NCBI RefSeq assembly: GCF_036321535.1 | Contig: NC_087437.1 | Span: forward strand, 58,344,001 to 58,408,000 | Direction: 5' to 3' | DNA from: Camelus dromedarius | Taxonomy: Eukaryota | Length of the DNA stretch: 64,000 nucleotides | Shown here: positions 10,901 through 26,300 of the stretch, in pieces | How the letters are laid out: every line of letters starts with the position of its first letter | How positions within the stretch are numbered: position 1 is the first letter of the stretch | Program-made: the position numbers and the translations under genes | Notes under the pieces: generated by a model | Told to the model about the DNA's origin: nothing | Seen by the model: the letters and a program-made list of their open reading frames with translations, nothing else | Database searches by the model: none

Positions 10901-13900
10901 TATTTTTTGAGGCCATTAGAGCTGTAATTTCACCTACATGCACCCTCATCTTCACCCATGCCTCATTTTACATATACAACTAGATGCATCACCTCCCGGA
11001 GGAATACTCAAGCTTACTTGAGAGGGGAGTGAGGCAGAGAGAAGAAAAAAGGGAGATGCATCTCTTAAAATAAAGCAATCTGAGCAGCTTGGTGAAAAGA
11101 AGACCCTAGGAGATGGCTGTGTAGAGTTTTCATGTACTGTATTGTTTCCAAGTCCCAAGGACCCAGATGTGGGGATGAAGATGATGCCGCCAATGTCCAT
11201 CCTGATGAAGGCCTGGTACTCACTAGAACTGGGCTGGGTGCTCTGCACATCATACCATCCTCAGACCAGTGATCTGAAGAGCAGGCCAGGCTGGTGCACA
11301 AGGGAGCAGTGTGGAAACAGAATAAGGCTCCCTTCTTCAATTCAGCTTTGATTGGAAAACACAAGATGACCTGAAGTGAACGTTGCCCTTCCTGGTTAGT
11401 TGCTATTGATGCAGAAACTCGAAAGGATGGGGTTCTGTCTGCACAGGTGATTTGGAGACAAGTCCTGGGCCAGCCATTACAGATTATTCTCAGATAAGAG
11501 AAGGGTTAGTAAATATTCCCTCCTGTTTGCATAAAAATTAAATCTGTACTTTTTATCTATCTCATCATCATAAAGTTGACCTTCTGTCAAAGGCTGTTCA
11601 GAAGGGTCAGGACTTTTCTGTTACATCAAAGTAAAACTGCTTGTGTATTTTAACAGTAGTTCCAAGGACTTTTGATTTGTAAACTTGAGAGTATATGATT
11701 TATTGTAAGATTGTGTTTGTTAGAATGTATTTATAAAAACTGTTTTCCACCTAAAATTATCAGTTATGTTTGACATCGGGATTTGAATTTACCCATAAGC
11801 TTTAAGTCGCTATGGTGTAACAAATCCAACTGTAATTAACTCAATTTATGTAGAAGGACTCTGCGGCTACTAATCAAATGAAAGTGCTGGCCAACATAAT
11901 ATAGCCTCCTTGTAAAGCACGTTTACAATAAAATAGATGACTCTGAATTGAAAACATAAAATGGAATCATGGTTTGTTGTGAGAGAAGCTGGGGAATTAT
12001 CAAATACTATATCAAAATTTAATAAAAATATAAGAAATTTGGGAAGAAATTTATTTAAAAAAACTATAATTAAAAGAAGATCTTAGCATGCCCCCAAAAT
12101 CTTTGACAAAACACCTATACGAAAAAGGTGGAGGAGGGGATGAAAACTGATACATATGAATCATATAATTGCTAAAACTAATTTATGTGGTAAATTATGT
12201 TTCTAATTTAGGAATAAGAATGGATGTCTCTAATACTTATGACTTTTTTAGAAAATCAGAAGTTAGAGGGTATTCCGGATGATGTATAAAACTGGAGTAA
12301 ATTTTCCAAAGCAGAAATATTACAGGCTAGATTTTCTCTGATCATGACAATAAAATTAGAAATTATGAACCAAATTTAAATTAAAAATCCCTCCCACATA
12401 CAAATTAAAAACAAAATTCTAAAAATTTGTTTGGTCAGTAAGGAAACTTAGTCCACTTGTAAGCTGTTGAGAAGAAGAGCCGTAGAAGAATGAGAACAAA
12501 ATCCCTTCCCACTTGAAAATTAAAAATCACTGTTCTTGAAACTAGTGGGTCATAATTAGAGACATAAGAAAATGTAAAGAATGTAACCCAAATTACAATT
12601 ATTGACCTTGAATGCTTTTCCAATTTCACAAGAATAAAAGAAAATACATGGATTATAAAATCAAGTCAAACATTTAAAAAATTTTCAAAGGAGGTAAGAA
12701 GAGGGGGGAAAAATGGGAAAAGCAAAAATTAACAAATTGGAAACTAGAAAGTGTACAGAATTATTATATCTGAGAGCTTGTTATTTAAAGAAAACCAGTA
12801 AAAACACATTTCTGGTAAAAATAAATGGAAATAACACACATAAACATAATTAAGATGAGAAGATATTAAAAGAGTTGTAGAAGGCATTAAAAATTATAGG
12901 AAAATACCACCGAATATCCTATGCTAAGACATAATAATCTCAAGGAAAAGGAATTACCTGGGCAATCTTTTTTTTTTTTTATTTTAAGAAACAATTTAAA
13001 AAGAGGATAACCTAAATCAATTCTGAAAAAAGTGATTTTTTTCAAAAGAAAGAATTTGGAACCAGATGATTTTACTGGGTTCTTGCAAGTGGTCAAGGAA
13101 TAGACTATTTCTATCTATAAAATACATTTTTCAAAGGAAAGGAAAAGTCCAAGAGTTTCCAAATCTAACACCCAAACCTAACAAAACACTACACAGAAAC
13201 CTACAGATCAACCCAACATAAAATGCAGATATTTAAAAACAATAAAATTCAATTCAGTAAAAGTGTAATCTACCACAAATAAGTAGAGTTTCCTGAAAAA
13301 TATGAAGATGATTTAATAATAAATTTATTAATGGAACACATTCCAGCAAAGATCAAAGAGCAAATGAGTATAATCATCTCAGTAGGTGATGGGAAGTCAT
13401 TTGATGAAATACATCTCTCATTCTTGATTTTAAAATATACTCTTGATTTACTAGAAATAGAAGGGCATTTTCTTTACATGATGTGACCTACTTGACTTAG
13501 TATTCAAAATCACATTTGCAAGTGAAAACTATAAGATATATTTTTACAAAGTAGAACTCTGCTATTTCCGTTATTACTTAATATTGTCCTCGAAATTCTG
13601 GATTGTACGCGGAAACAGAAAATATAAATAAGCATTTTAGCTATTGGAAAGGAAGAAGGAACATTATTAATTGCAGATGATCATAATTATCTTTCTAGAA
13701 CACTCAAAAATCAAACAGTAATAGCAAAGTTCAGAAAGACTTCTGAATAGGAAATAAATACGATAAACAACACTGTACCTTTCACGAGTATTTGTGATTA
13801 CCAGTTAGAAACTATAACAGGAAAAAGTCAATCACAATATAAGCAGAAATACAGATGGCATAGGACGAGTTGTTTAGATAGAGGTACAGGATCTATAATG

Positions 13901-14322
13901 GAGAAAACTGAATATTTACTGAGAGACATAAAAGAAAGCACGAATAAATGGAGAGACATGACATGTTCTTAAATGTGAATACCAGATTGTGTAAACAAAT
14001 AAATGTTTCCCCTAGTATCAAAATCCCAAAGGTGATTTTTTTTTTTTTAGAAGCCTGGCAATTTATTCTATAGTATATTCAGAAGAATGAACAAGAAAGA
14101 AAAGTAAGAAAGTAAGAAAAAATTGAAGAGTAATATGATGATACACCAATCTTACTATGTATTAAAACTCGTTAGAAAACTATAGTTTTTTAAGTATAGT
14201 GATAGATCAAGAAGAGGTTGGCATATTAACGAAACAGAGAACATAGTCTAGAAACAAGTTAATTATATATAAATTAATATGTAAGTATATAACATAAATA
14301 TAATATAGAAACATACAAGTTT

Positions 14323-14364
<42 letters not shown>

Positions 14365-17300
14365 CAGGAAACCATAAGTATACATGTATATAGGTATGAT
14401 AGAGGTGGCATTATATTCAGTTGAATAAATGACCAAAAAGAACATTAAATGATGGAATCTGCTGGGAAAACTACTGACTAGATGGATAAACTAGTTTGAC
14501 CTTTACTTCAAACTATACGCCAAAATTAACATTAGATTTAAAAAAGCGTAAAAATAAATTAAAAAAACTAAATGAGTGATGATCTATCTGATTTTGTAAT
14601 GAGAAAAAACTGTGCATAAAAGCAATGGAAGAAAATCACAAAGGAATAAACAGCTCATACAAATAAATAAGAAATATAACAGCAGCCCAATAGAAAAAAA
14701 AAAAAAAAAACGGATGAAAATGTAAATAGAAAATTCAGAGAAGAAGAAAGGCTAACAATATGAAAATGCAGTCATTTTTACCGGGGATCAAAGAAATTCA
14801 CAGCATGATTAAAGTGGCTCTCCCAAAGATACAAAGCTACTAAAAGGTCAAGTTGTATTTGAATTGATTAGAAAACCTCTTACAAAATATCTTGACATAT
14901 ATGGATGTGCTTAAAATAATTCTTGATGACTCAAATTAGGACAGGACTCTCGTGACCATTCACTATTGCACACGTTTATCTGCACGTGAGCTTTCTGCCC
15001 GTGGGCTCTCCTACCTATGGCAAGTACCGTTCAGTGCTCAGTTTTACAGTAATGTGATTTTTTTTTGCTTCTCAGTCAATTGCTTCACCAGTGAGTTGCA
15101 ACTCTGGGGATGGTGGAAGAGTAGGAAAAAGATATTTGAAAAAAAAAACCAAACATCATACTTACAGTTTGTGTAGATGGGTTTTCGAAATGGCTTTCCC
15201 TTGGAAAAGATAAATGCTACTGTGATACAGTTGATGGTGGTGATGGGCCACAGGGTGGTACTCTCAAAACTTAAAACTGAACCAGGAATCAGAGTTGCAT
15301 TTCCAGTCCAGTTTCTTTCCAAACTCACATTTGTTGAGAAATGACTCTGGTCGTTCAGAAAGCACTCACTACAAAAGAAATCACCAGCATTTATGGGACT
15401 TTTTATTCTATGTTAATCCAGCTGGTGGAAAAGAATTAGTTAATTATTACCAAGGGACCTCACCTTTCAGGTTGTTCCAGCCAGTAACTACCAGAACATA
15501 TTCTGTTCACCTCTTGCGATGACAAAGCAGAAACAAAATTCAGAGGAAGTCAAGATTGTTCTTCGACCAGAATTCCATTTAGAACAAATGATCGCTCTTG
15601 AAAGGGCTTGGATGACAATTTCCTATGGAATTACTTTCAACTCAGAGTCTATGAACTGTGTGTGGTGGTGGGGGAGGGGAGAGCAGTTGTGGTGGTTTGG
15701 GGGTGTCTTTTCTTTCATGGACTAATGTGAGCCTCCTAACTTGGATCCTGAGTTTGAATCTGCCTGCTCTAACCCATGCTCCTCCCAAAACCAAAGCCTC
15801 TCTTCAAGATCCAAACATGACATTCTCCTGCTTAAGAGTGTCTATATTTCTATTTTGCTAATGAATTAAGTTCAGACTTCTCAGGCAGGCCCAGAAGACT
15901 TCATACTCTGGTCTCAAGCAATTCTTCCAGCCTTATCTTTTGCCAGTCCTCCTATGTTCCTTATACTCCAAACATAGAGAGAGATTCCCTGTTCCCCAAC
16001 TTGCACAGCTCTGGGTCCACACATCCTATTCCCTCTAATGTAACTCTAACCAAAACGTCCTTATATTTGGTAGCCATCGTGACTACTGCCCCCATCCTTC
16101 CCTCTACTGCTGCATTTAGCTCATTGTTTTGCCATTATTTTCTACCCCTGAGATGAGAATTTCCTGAATGTGGAATTTCTCCTTTGGTTTTGTTTTTTTT
16201 GTTTGTTTTACTCAGATTTACAACAAATGCTCAGCACTGAGCACAGACATGCCATTCAATATTTGCTCAGAAAAACATTTAAGATACGGGCTTTCTCAAT
16301 CCTGACTGATGTATTTGCAATATTCATTTTTTTTCCAACAATCAAACCGACAAACTAGTTCCCATCAGCTTTCTCGTTCCGCTTGAAACTTGTTACTACT
16401 TTTATAACTGTTTATACATAAAATTCATTTTTCCATTGTGAATTCAAATGTAAGACTTAAGTCTTATTATCCTTGGTTCCCTAGACTCCAGGAATGTGCT
16501 TTGCGTAGAGTAGATGTTCAGTTACTGTCTGCACAATACATTAATGAAACAGTCAGTAGTCACAAAGTTTCCTTGTACAAAGGGGACAGAGAGACTAAAA
16601 GGCCTGAATTACAGAGCTTAATACCAAAATGTATCTAATGCAGTATGCTTGCATTGCAGATAAGAAAGTTCAGGACTAGGCTGGCATGGCTAGTTAATGA
16701 TAGAAGCAGGACTGGCCACCTATCATCCTTTTGGCTACACCACGTTGTCTCCCAGATTCAATCAGAACCCTGCTTCTCTGAATACACACACTCCAATTTG
16801 GGGAAAAATTTGGTTTTGAAACAAAGATGAATTTCTATATTGCAAGGAATACCCGAGTTGCTGAATTTGGGGTCTACGTCATAATCTAATACATCATTGG
16901 GTAGTTTTCAATCTGTCCTTCACGGATTTCCTGGGGCTCTGATACTTTCAATATCACAGTGATGTGAGCAGGAGTTTGTACAAACCCTACTTCAAAAAGA
17001 GAAGCTCTCTCTTCCTGTCTTTCCCTTTGGAGGTCAGGCAGCCTTTGTCAGAAAAAATTAGTTTGAACATCTAAGGTGCAGTTCACTTCATCTTACTCTT
17101 AATTTATATTTAAGGAAATAAGCCTTGGGAGGTGAAGAGATTTGCCCTGAGTCTAGTGTTCAATTCAAATCATAGTAATGATAGCATCAACTAACATTTT
17201 AACATTCATTTGAAATTAGCATTCCTTTGAAATTTAACATTCGTTTAACATTCATTTAAATTAAGCAAATCTCTCTTGTATATCAGGGGTCAGTTGGCGA

Positions 17301-20300
17301 TAGCCCATAGGCCAAATCCGACTCACCAGCTGGTTTTGTCAATAAAGTTTTATTGGAACACAGTCACACTGACTTGTTTACATGGTGTCCACGGCTGTTT
17401 TTTCACTATTAACAGCAGCACTGAGTAGTTGCAACAAAGACCACAGAGCCCACAAAGGCCAAAATATTTACTTCTTGGCCCTCTACAAGAAATGTTTGCT
17501 GACCTCTGGTCTATATGATATCCAAATCACCAGAGAATGAATACATTCAGTCAACCCACTGTTAGGTCTTCCCACCCTAGAACTTGCTGCTAGATCACCC
17601 CAGCACGCCACCTACTGACTGTGTTCTGTGTTCTGTCCCATCACTGGGGTTTTGCAAAATGGAGATAACTTTTGTTAATTAAAATTTTAGAGTATGTGTT
17701 CAAACCAAGTCGTACAAAGTCATTGGGTATTCATTGTACCAACTTCAGAAAGGAAAAGTAAGAAACGAAACTTTACCTGTATCTGTAGACCTCACAATAC
17801 CAGGGCTGCTGCTTCACGTAGAGAAATGCACAGACCTGCACAATGCAGGTGAAACAGGTATTCAGAAAGACTGAGAGCAGCAAAGGAGGAGAAAGGAGCT
17901 GTCCTGCTGGTCGGTACGGAGCCAGCTTTGGGTAGGCATGAGTTGAGCTCACTGAAAGACAAATCCATTTTTTCCCCTGTTACAATTTCATTATTGAGAA
18001 TAAAAGACTGAGATGCATATTATCCTGAGTGTTGTGTTAGGGTTCAAGTTCAGCAAACATGAATTAAGGGTTTACACCTTGGAAAGCTCATTGCTTAGTT
18101 AACTGCACATCTAATGCTACCAGCCTTTGCCTCTTCCATGCTTTGGTTTCACCCTCAGAAAGAAAAAGTAGTGGGTTTAAAAGTCCAATAATTAATGCAT
18201 TTACCATATTGAATAGTGCAAATATTTTCTCCACAACCAGACTGACCAGGAATGATACGTAAAAGAGGAAGATGCCCTTCCGTAAGGATAACAGCACTAT
18301 TATCTCTCAATGCTGACGGGAAAGCAGAGTTAAGATGAAGAGAGTAAGGATGCATCTAGCTAGACTAATCTTCATATACTGGGAAGTATTTTTTAAAAAA
18401 CACTCACTCTATTATTCATTCAACCAACATTCTCTGAGCACTTCAGTGTACCAGGGTAGATGCTAGAGGTGTGTCCTGCTTCCTCCTGGATAAGTGTGTA
18501 AGTGGAGGACTGCTAGGGCACATTAGACTTAGGAAAAATAACTTTAAAAAATCTTGCTTCTGGATGAGAGTATTAAAAATATATTTTGGCCCTGGGATTT
18601 TTTTTTTTTTTAACATCTGAGGGGTTGGCAAGGGTCAGAGATTAAACAGAACTGCCAAAAAAAAAAAAAAAAAAAAAGATCACTACATCCATCTTAGAAG
18701 CCTTTTATTCTAACAAACTGATGAAAATGGAATGTATTTTACTTCTCAGGGCAGAGCAAGAAAGAAGCATGGGGAGGTCAGGATGTTTCAATTCTTCCCA
18801 TCTGTCATCTCTTTCCTTCCCACAGCTGATGACTGCTTTCTTTGTTGTAAGAAAGTAGGGTATGTCTCCTTAGCTTTGTGTTCATGCATGTAGGGGCAAG
18901 GCAGCGAGGAGTGTGTCCAGTTTGGGATAATAAAACTCTAAAGTGGGTCTTTAGTTTGCTCAGTGTGTGTTCTGGGGTGATCGCATAAACTCTTTGGTCC
19001 TTCATTTTCTCAAGTATAAAACGACTATGTTGGAATGTCTAAACGGTCCCCAGAGGCTCTTCCAACTCACTCACCCTGAATCTCTCTGCCTGCCTGAATC
19101 TTTACCTCTAGCAGTTTAACCAGTGTTTCCCGGGAGGGTGCTGGGCTAGTGGCCATGAGGTATGCAGAGATGAGACGGATATCTCATCTGTTTTCAAAGA
19201 GCTTGAAGTCCAGTGGAAGACACAGATAGGGTGTGTAATAAAGAAAGTGACTAGCCTTTGTCTCAGGGACTGTGTATGGACAAGCAAATCAATCAGCCAA
19301 CCAATCAATCAATCATGTGATGGCATTGTCTTTTCCCCATACTAATTCAGGCTTAAGGTCAAAGGCTTTAGTCTGGGAACCTGGGAAGTGTAGATGCCTT
19401 GGTGCGAGTGATTTTACGTTAATCGTACAATCATCAATGACTCCGAACAGCTGCAGATAAATGTCCACAGTTCTCAGCCTGGCAGTCAAGATTCTGTGAT
19501 CTGACCCAACCTACTTTTTCAGATTTTATCTCCTGCTGTTTCTTTCCACATACCCTGCAGTGTGGTCAAATTGAAAAACTCTCGCCCTATACTTAGCAGC
19601 TCTCTCTTGCTCCTTCTGCTTCCTTCTACTTGAAATGCCCTTCTTTTTTTTTTTTTTTAAAGATATTTAAAATCTATTCACCCTGTATTTTGGTGCCAAT
19701 GCTACTTCTTCCATGAAGCCACCCCGGTATCTCTCTTTTCTCCATTGTTATCTCTTCCCATCATTAGAAACAATCTCCTTTTTATGAACTCCCAAAGCAT
19801 CTGTTGGTTTCTGGTACTCAGTACTTCTGACTTGCATTTCATCCATTCATGTATGTGAATCCATCGCTAAACTTGAAACATCAGTGAGAAGCCTTATAAT
19901 GCCCCTGGTACTTATGTGCCTAACACATAATGGGAGATGAACACTTTTCTAAGAGGAGGTTGAATGGGGATGTCCCTCTTGGCTGGGGAATTTTGCTGAG
20001 CCTCATGTTTGAGGACAATGAAAGGCAAGTGCCAATTTAATGTAAAGAGAGATGACTATCGTATCTTCATAGTACCTAGTAAGAAAGCTGTATCCTGGTC
20101 CTTCAACTGTAAGCATTCCATCCCCTCTTCCCCAGTTACCCAGGTACAGACCATATATAAGAGAAAACCATGGAGATGATCAAGAGATTCTTTAAAGGGA
20201 ATTGTTAAGAACAGCAAGAGCTGTGGTTTTCTTTCCAGCAGCACCCCAATACAAATGAGAGGAAGTCCTAAGAATCACCCTAGGAGAGACCTGAAGTGGC

Positions 20301-23300
20301 GAGGAGGAGACTGAATTTCTCATTCCCCTGCTTGTAATAGCAGAGGGAAGAGAGAGGGGGCAGCATTGAGAACAAGCTATGCATCTATTAGCTGGTAGGT
20401 CAAGTAAAAGCTATGGAAATTAACCAGACTAGAGCTATCTTGGAAGGAATCTTCTCAGCGGGGCAGTCTGCTGGGGCTAGAGGGCCAGCAGAAGAAAACG
20501 GCTTTGTAGCACATAGCACTAGAAAAAGCAGTGGCTGAAAGGAATCCTAGGGGGTCAGAGGAGAGAACAGCACCGATGTCAGGGAGTGGTCTGGTGCAGA
20601 CCGCTCCTCAGGGACTCTGAAGAACTCAAGGACTCACAAGTGAGCCGCAGGCGAAGTGCCTGAGTTTAGACGCCTACCCTGCTGGAGGGCACGTGACAGG
20701 ACAGAACTACAATAGCCCCACTTAAGGAGAAAGTCCTGGGCTGCTGCTACTCATGGTTGCCAAAGCAGGGCTGAGAGTAGCCAACACAGGGAAAATAGAC
20801 ATCCTGGCCTTCTCTCCCACTGCCTGCTCCAAGCCACAGGTCATGCTTGATTTGGGGAAGAAAATTTTAAATTGGATAAAAACATGAAATGTTAATTTCT
20901 AATACTTGGCCTTTTCACAGCTAAAGGTGAGATTATTTTAATACCTGGAATGGACCAGGAAATGATCTGCCTGTAGCATGACTGAGCTTGCAAGGATGGG
21001 AAAGCAATAGTGTTTGAAGGTAGCGGGTGAAAATAAACAAAAAATAGCTGTTTCCTCACTCTATTACTCCCTTCACCAATCTACCCCGAGTCCAGCCCAT
21101 TTACTGAGCCAGCTACACATTTGTTGACTAATAATTGGATGAAGTGCCATCTTTCCAGTAGAACACTATGCTTCTGATCTAGCACCCTTCTGAGGCTTTT
21201 GTCTCCCATTGGTAACAGTGGTCCTGCCCTTAGTCATCTCAACTCTCCCGCCGAGCCAGCTCTGAGATGAGAGGCTAAGTTTCACAGGGTGACCAAATGG
21301 CAGGAAGGTCACCAGGCTATTGCCGTGGGAAAGAGTAAAGTACACCCATCACCATGGGAGTCAGATTCATAACCAATATCATGGAATTAAGTGCGCAAAA
21401 GCTCAAAGCAACTTGCTCAAGGTCGTCTGGCAATTCTGAGGCAAGGCTACCACCCATGTTTTGGAGTTTCTAATCAAATAGTCTACTTGTACACAGTCTA
21501 AGTCTTTTCTTGGACTCACCAAGTTAGTCAGTCTTCTCAAAAGAAGACGAAGAGGGTGCGTGGAGCACAATATCTTGTAATGAGTACTTGCAAGATGCGA
21601 TGTACTGGGCTATACACTTTACATGCATCGTGTTATTGGATCCTCAGAGTCCCACAAGGACGCTTCTATGAGTCAATTATTTACTTAGTGAATACGTGCC
21701 AAAGGTCACAGAGACAGGGAGGATGCCCATGGCCTTCACTTTGATGCTACTGCCTGCTAGCTTAGCTCTTGGAACCTCCTGGTATTCTTTGTTTCTTTTT
21801 AGCATCCTTGTCCATGTTCACAAGTAAATCATGTAAATTGCTTAAAGAATATCCAACACAGTAGAAGCAATATCACTGATTCAAAATTATCCAGCCATGT
21901 GAATATTCATAAAACACAGAAAATATTTTAATGGGCTATGAATATTTCAACCTTAAGAATCAAAATTGACAGTACTTACATCTCTGATACTAGTAAATGT
22001 TGTCATTGGGCTGATAAGATAAATGACTTTGATATCAGTTTCATGCTTTAAGATGCTACATGGAAGGTCATTAATATTCTGCATTGCTTGAAGTTTTATC
22101 TGTTATTTTTCATAACACTTCCATTGTTGAACAAGGAAAAAGAGATGTGTATGTCATTCTTTTTCTTTGCTCTCTGTTGAAGGAGTCACCTTTCTTACTT
22201 ATTAAGAGTTAGTATCAAGCCCTGAGTTCTTTGACAGGAAATACTTTATCAGTGTCATCTCAAAGGAAGGAAATGAGCGATAGCCACTGTAAGCCACACC
22301 TTGCTTTTGAGAGAATTCCACTAGAATAAAACGCTAGCATTTGTCCTCAAACGTCAAAGACCTAGCAAAAATCTGGTTTCACGTCAATGTGAAGCATAGC
22401 TGCATAATGGAAAATGACCTTTGGGTTTTAAAGATTTCCCTTCCTGGATTTCTTGTACATTTTTCTATGTACAAGACACAAATCTACAAAGAACTCAGAA
22501 TACATTGACAATTTTCTGAGGCTAAGACCTATTCGCTATCAGGATATTTTAAGGCCAAGTCTGAGGACATCAACCCTCAACTTACTGTAAAGACCACTTT
22601 GAAAAAATTCATAGGTAATGAGGTTTTGGTAGTTGAAGTGTGTTGTTCTCCAAAGCTCTTATTTATATGAGTATTTCTGGTATTTCATGGATAAATACAA
22701 ACAATATGGTTTACTTTGCCAAAGAGCTTACTTGTTAAACAGACCATCAAGGTAATGGCTACATCTTGCATAAGATACTGATAATTCCCAAAAAGCTGTA
22801 GTTGCTGAAAAGGAAAGGAAAGTAAACATAAGTGAAGCTCATCATAACTTCATCATCATTCCCAACACTCTTCTTGAAAGCAGTCAGGAAGCAATTGTTA
22901 CTTTTCTCGCACCTTAGGAAGAGAGTCATTTACCTAAAATCTTTAGCATCTCGTTAGATAGAACAGAACTAAATCATTACTAGGGGGTGGAGGGTATGGG
23001 TCAGTGGTAGAATGCATGCTTGGTATGCACAGGGTCCTGGGTTCAATCTCTAGTGCCTTCGTTAAGGGGGTAAAATTAAATTAAATTAAAAAATTTTAGA
23101 TCACTCTTTTCCCAGTGTTTAATTTAATTCCAAATTAGCAATGAAAGTCAGTCAGTTGGGAAATATCCTCCTATTGGCCACAGTAATTCTGGCTGCTGTA
23201 GTCTCAGCCTGGACGGTTGAACCCTCAACATGAGATATTTAAGCCTGAAAGTCTTACTGGGAACTTCAAACTTAAGTCTGGGTCTTTTAAGTCAGGGTCT

Positions 23301-26300
23301 CAAATCATTCCACACATTTTCCCCTCCATCCTATTCACAGATTGAGGTCAAGTAAGCCCATCACAGACTTCATTCCAGTACACCTGCCTTTCTAAGTTGT
23401 ATGTAGACACAGAACTTCTTTTCTGTTCACATTAATGGAATTGAAGAATTTCAATATAAAAGTCAGCTGGTTATTCTCCAGGAACTTGCCCTGCACTATC
23501 TTTCGCAGCCAGGTCTGTTTATTGGCTTCCTAGCTATTGACTGAGCACTCAATCATAATCTGGTTCTACACATTTTACAGACCAGACTCATGCAAATTAA
23601 AAATACTTCTGGGTAAACCAGAACTAGAGGGAGAACTCAACGCCAAGAAGCTTCCAGGTGAAGGTCCTCGGGGTACACTCTTACTTAGGGTTAGACCTTC
23701 AGAGTGAATGGGGTAACTTTTCAGAGTAAACTCTGGTTCCAACTCTATCCAGGGGGACAGTGGGACTGAAAATCTGCTTTTGTATTTTTCAGAGGATGCA
23801 AATGATTCCTCAGCATCCCTCTCATCCTCCAATTCTTCCCCTGCCTTCTTTACATTTCCTTCTCATGTCCTTTCCCCTACTTTTCCCCTCAGATTGGTAA
23901 AGTGATACATATGCAGGGTGAGATGGAAGAGGGAGAAATTTTCAAAGGCGGCTTTTCTTTTTATTCTGGGAGCAGCTTTCATAGAACGATGGAAGGCTTT
24001 GGCAATCAGCCAGCCTGACTACCTGGAGGTGGATAAAGGCTTGGCCAAGAGCACGATCGCTTTTACTCTTAGTGACAGAGACAGAACGTGAATCCAGGCT
24101 TCCTGACTTGCAGTTCAGGTCTTGTTTCTATCCACCTGGTTGTCCCTTAGCCTTGGTGTGTGCTTCTTGCAGTTGGTAGTCTACCAGAGGCTGGAGCCCT
24201 GTGCGTCTCTCCTTCACCAGGAAAGCAGTAAAATAATCCCCTCCTTGCAGCATGCCCTGAGCTTGCTGTCATTTTCCTGCAGAGCAAGTTAAACCTGGAC
24301 CGATACAGATTACTTTCAACCTACACATACTTCTTCCATACAGCTAATGAATTCTTAGATGATTATTTTTATCATTTCATTTCAAAAAATCTTAATTTTT
24401 TTTTTTTTTTTTTTTACAGAGTTGCTAATCTTTTACTAATGACATGTGAAAGTTCTGGGCAGGTTCAGAAGGAAAGCTCCAGTATGGGAGTTTTTCCAGT
24501 TTTTGAATCCTTCAAAGTCAAACTCAACAACTTCTCTTTCTTTTTATCTCCTTTTAGTGGGCCCAAAATATTCCACAATTGGAGACTGATCCGTTTCCTG
24601 CAGTGTTATATTTAGGCGGCTCTGAAGCTCTCTTCACATTCTAAGTGAAGAAATCGAGCCTTGGGGAGGTCAAGAGTCTCAGGTTATCTGGAGAAAAACA
24701 ACACTCATAGAAACCAATTCATGTGCACTTATTTCTAGTGCCATGTTTCCTGCACAGTTCTACCAAGTTTGCAAATTTGCAGACATCTATTTTGAGAAAT
24801 GTCATTTATTTATAAAACATTAAATCCTGGGTAGGAGCTGCACCCCTCCCCACCCCTGGAAATACACAAGGGATGTAAATGCAATTAGAACTGGGAAGAA
24901 ATTATTTTGGTTCATACCCAATAGAGCAGCGATGTACCAATAAACTGGATGATGCCATACATGGTCAAGTACTTAAATACCCCAAAGGATGAAACCAAAG
25001 CAGCTCGGCCTTCTCTGTTGAAGAAAAAAAAAAATTGGTTATGTATGATACACATCTCTCAGTCTCTTTTCTATTTCAAAAGGAGCTCATTTTAATAGCC
25101 TGTTGTTATACAATCACTTAATCACTGATTCATTATCTCAATTATTCATTTAACCACCCATTTGCTCATTCTCTCCTTCAATCCTAACCTCACTCATTGA
25201 TTCACAGGCTCACTTTTTTTTAGGGCTTCTGAGTACCAGCGTTTCGCTCAGAGTCATGGAGGATACAAATGAATCAAGCACAGTCCTCATTTTCAACAAG
25301 CTTTCAGTGAATTAAAAAGATTACCATGTACATTATAAACGCAATACATTGTGACAAGGTGCAAAATGTCAAGCATTGGCTCTCCTGAGACTCATTCCAT
25401 TCTAACAACACTTGCTCCCTGTGTATGTTTTAAAGTCCCTTAGAGATATCGAGCTAAGGGACAGGTGCTCTCACATTATAGGGAGTGTAGACGTGACACC
25501 AATATTTAAGATGAAATGGGTTTTGTTGGCTTCAGTACACCAGGAAGAACCCAGGGTAATAATCGGAGCTAGTATGGGAATCAAAAGAAATAGACAATGG
25601 TAAAAATGGCAGCTTAAAAAGTAAACAGTCCCTAGTCAATAATATTGCAATAACTTTGTATGGTGATGGACTGTGACTAGACTTACCATGGTGATCAATT
25701 CATAATGCATATAAACGTCGAATCACTATGTTGTACATCTGAAACTAATATAATGTTGTATGTCAACTATACTTCAATTTAAAAAAGAAAATAAACAAAT
25801 ATTACCCCCATAAAAAATTCTGTTCGAGCTGTTATTCCTGTAACTGGGTCTAGTTGGTGATAGATTACGACAGACCAAAGAAGACAACGTGAGGTAGCAG
25901 CACAGGGTGGGGGTGGGGGGTGGGGAATCCGGCAAACAAGCCCTCCTGCAGCTTCCTCTTGTCAAGGTGGAAGCTTGGGGATGAGAGGAAGCCCGCATCC
26001 TCTTGGTTTCCAGTTCCCAGTGACACGGCACCTGCGGTGCTCAAAGACTTTGTCAACAGAACAGGGACACTTGAAATAAGACCTAAAAAGCCAAACCAAT
26101 AACCACTTTGCTTCAGGCAAGATGAGAAGGTTCTCGAGAGAAGTGAGCCAGGATGCTCTGGGTGGATGCTTTCCACCAGGCTATGAGGCACGGCCCTTTG
26201 TTTTCAACACAGAGGGTGGAAGAAACCAGCGGAGAAGGGGCAAGCATGGGAAGCCTGGATTGTTTTCTGACATGAACTTTGTGATTGCATCTTTCCTTCT

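Noticed and set aside
20041..21117. Possible ancient LTR (TG..CA, AATAAA near 21031)
   Set aside because: No TSD and no family I can confidently recognise; needs a Dfam search.
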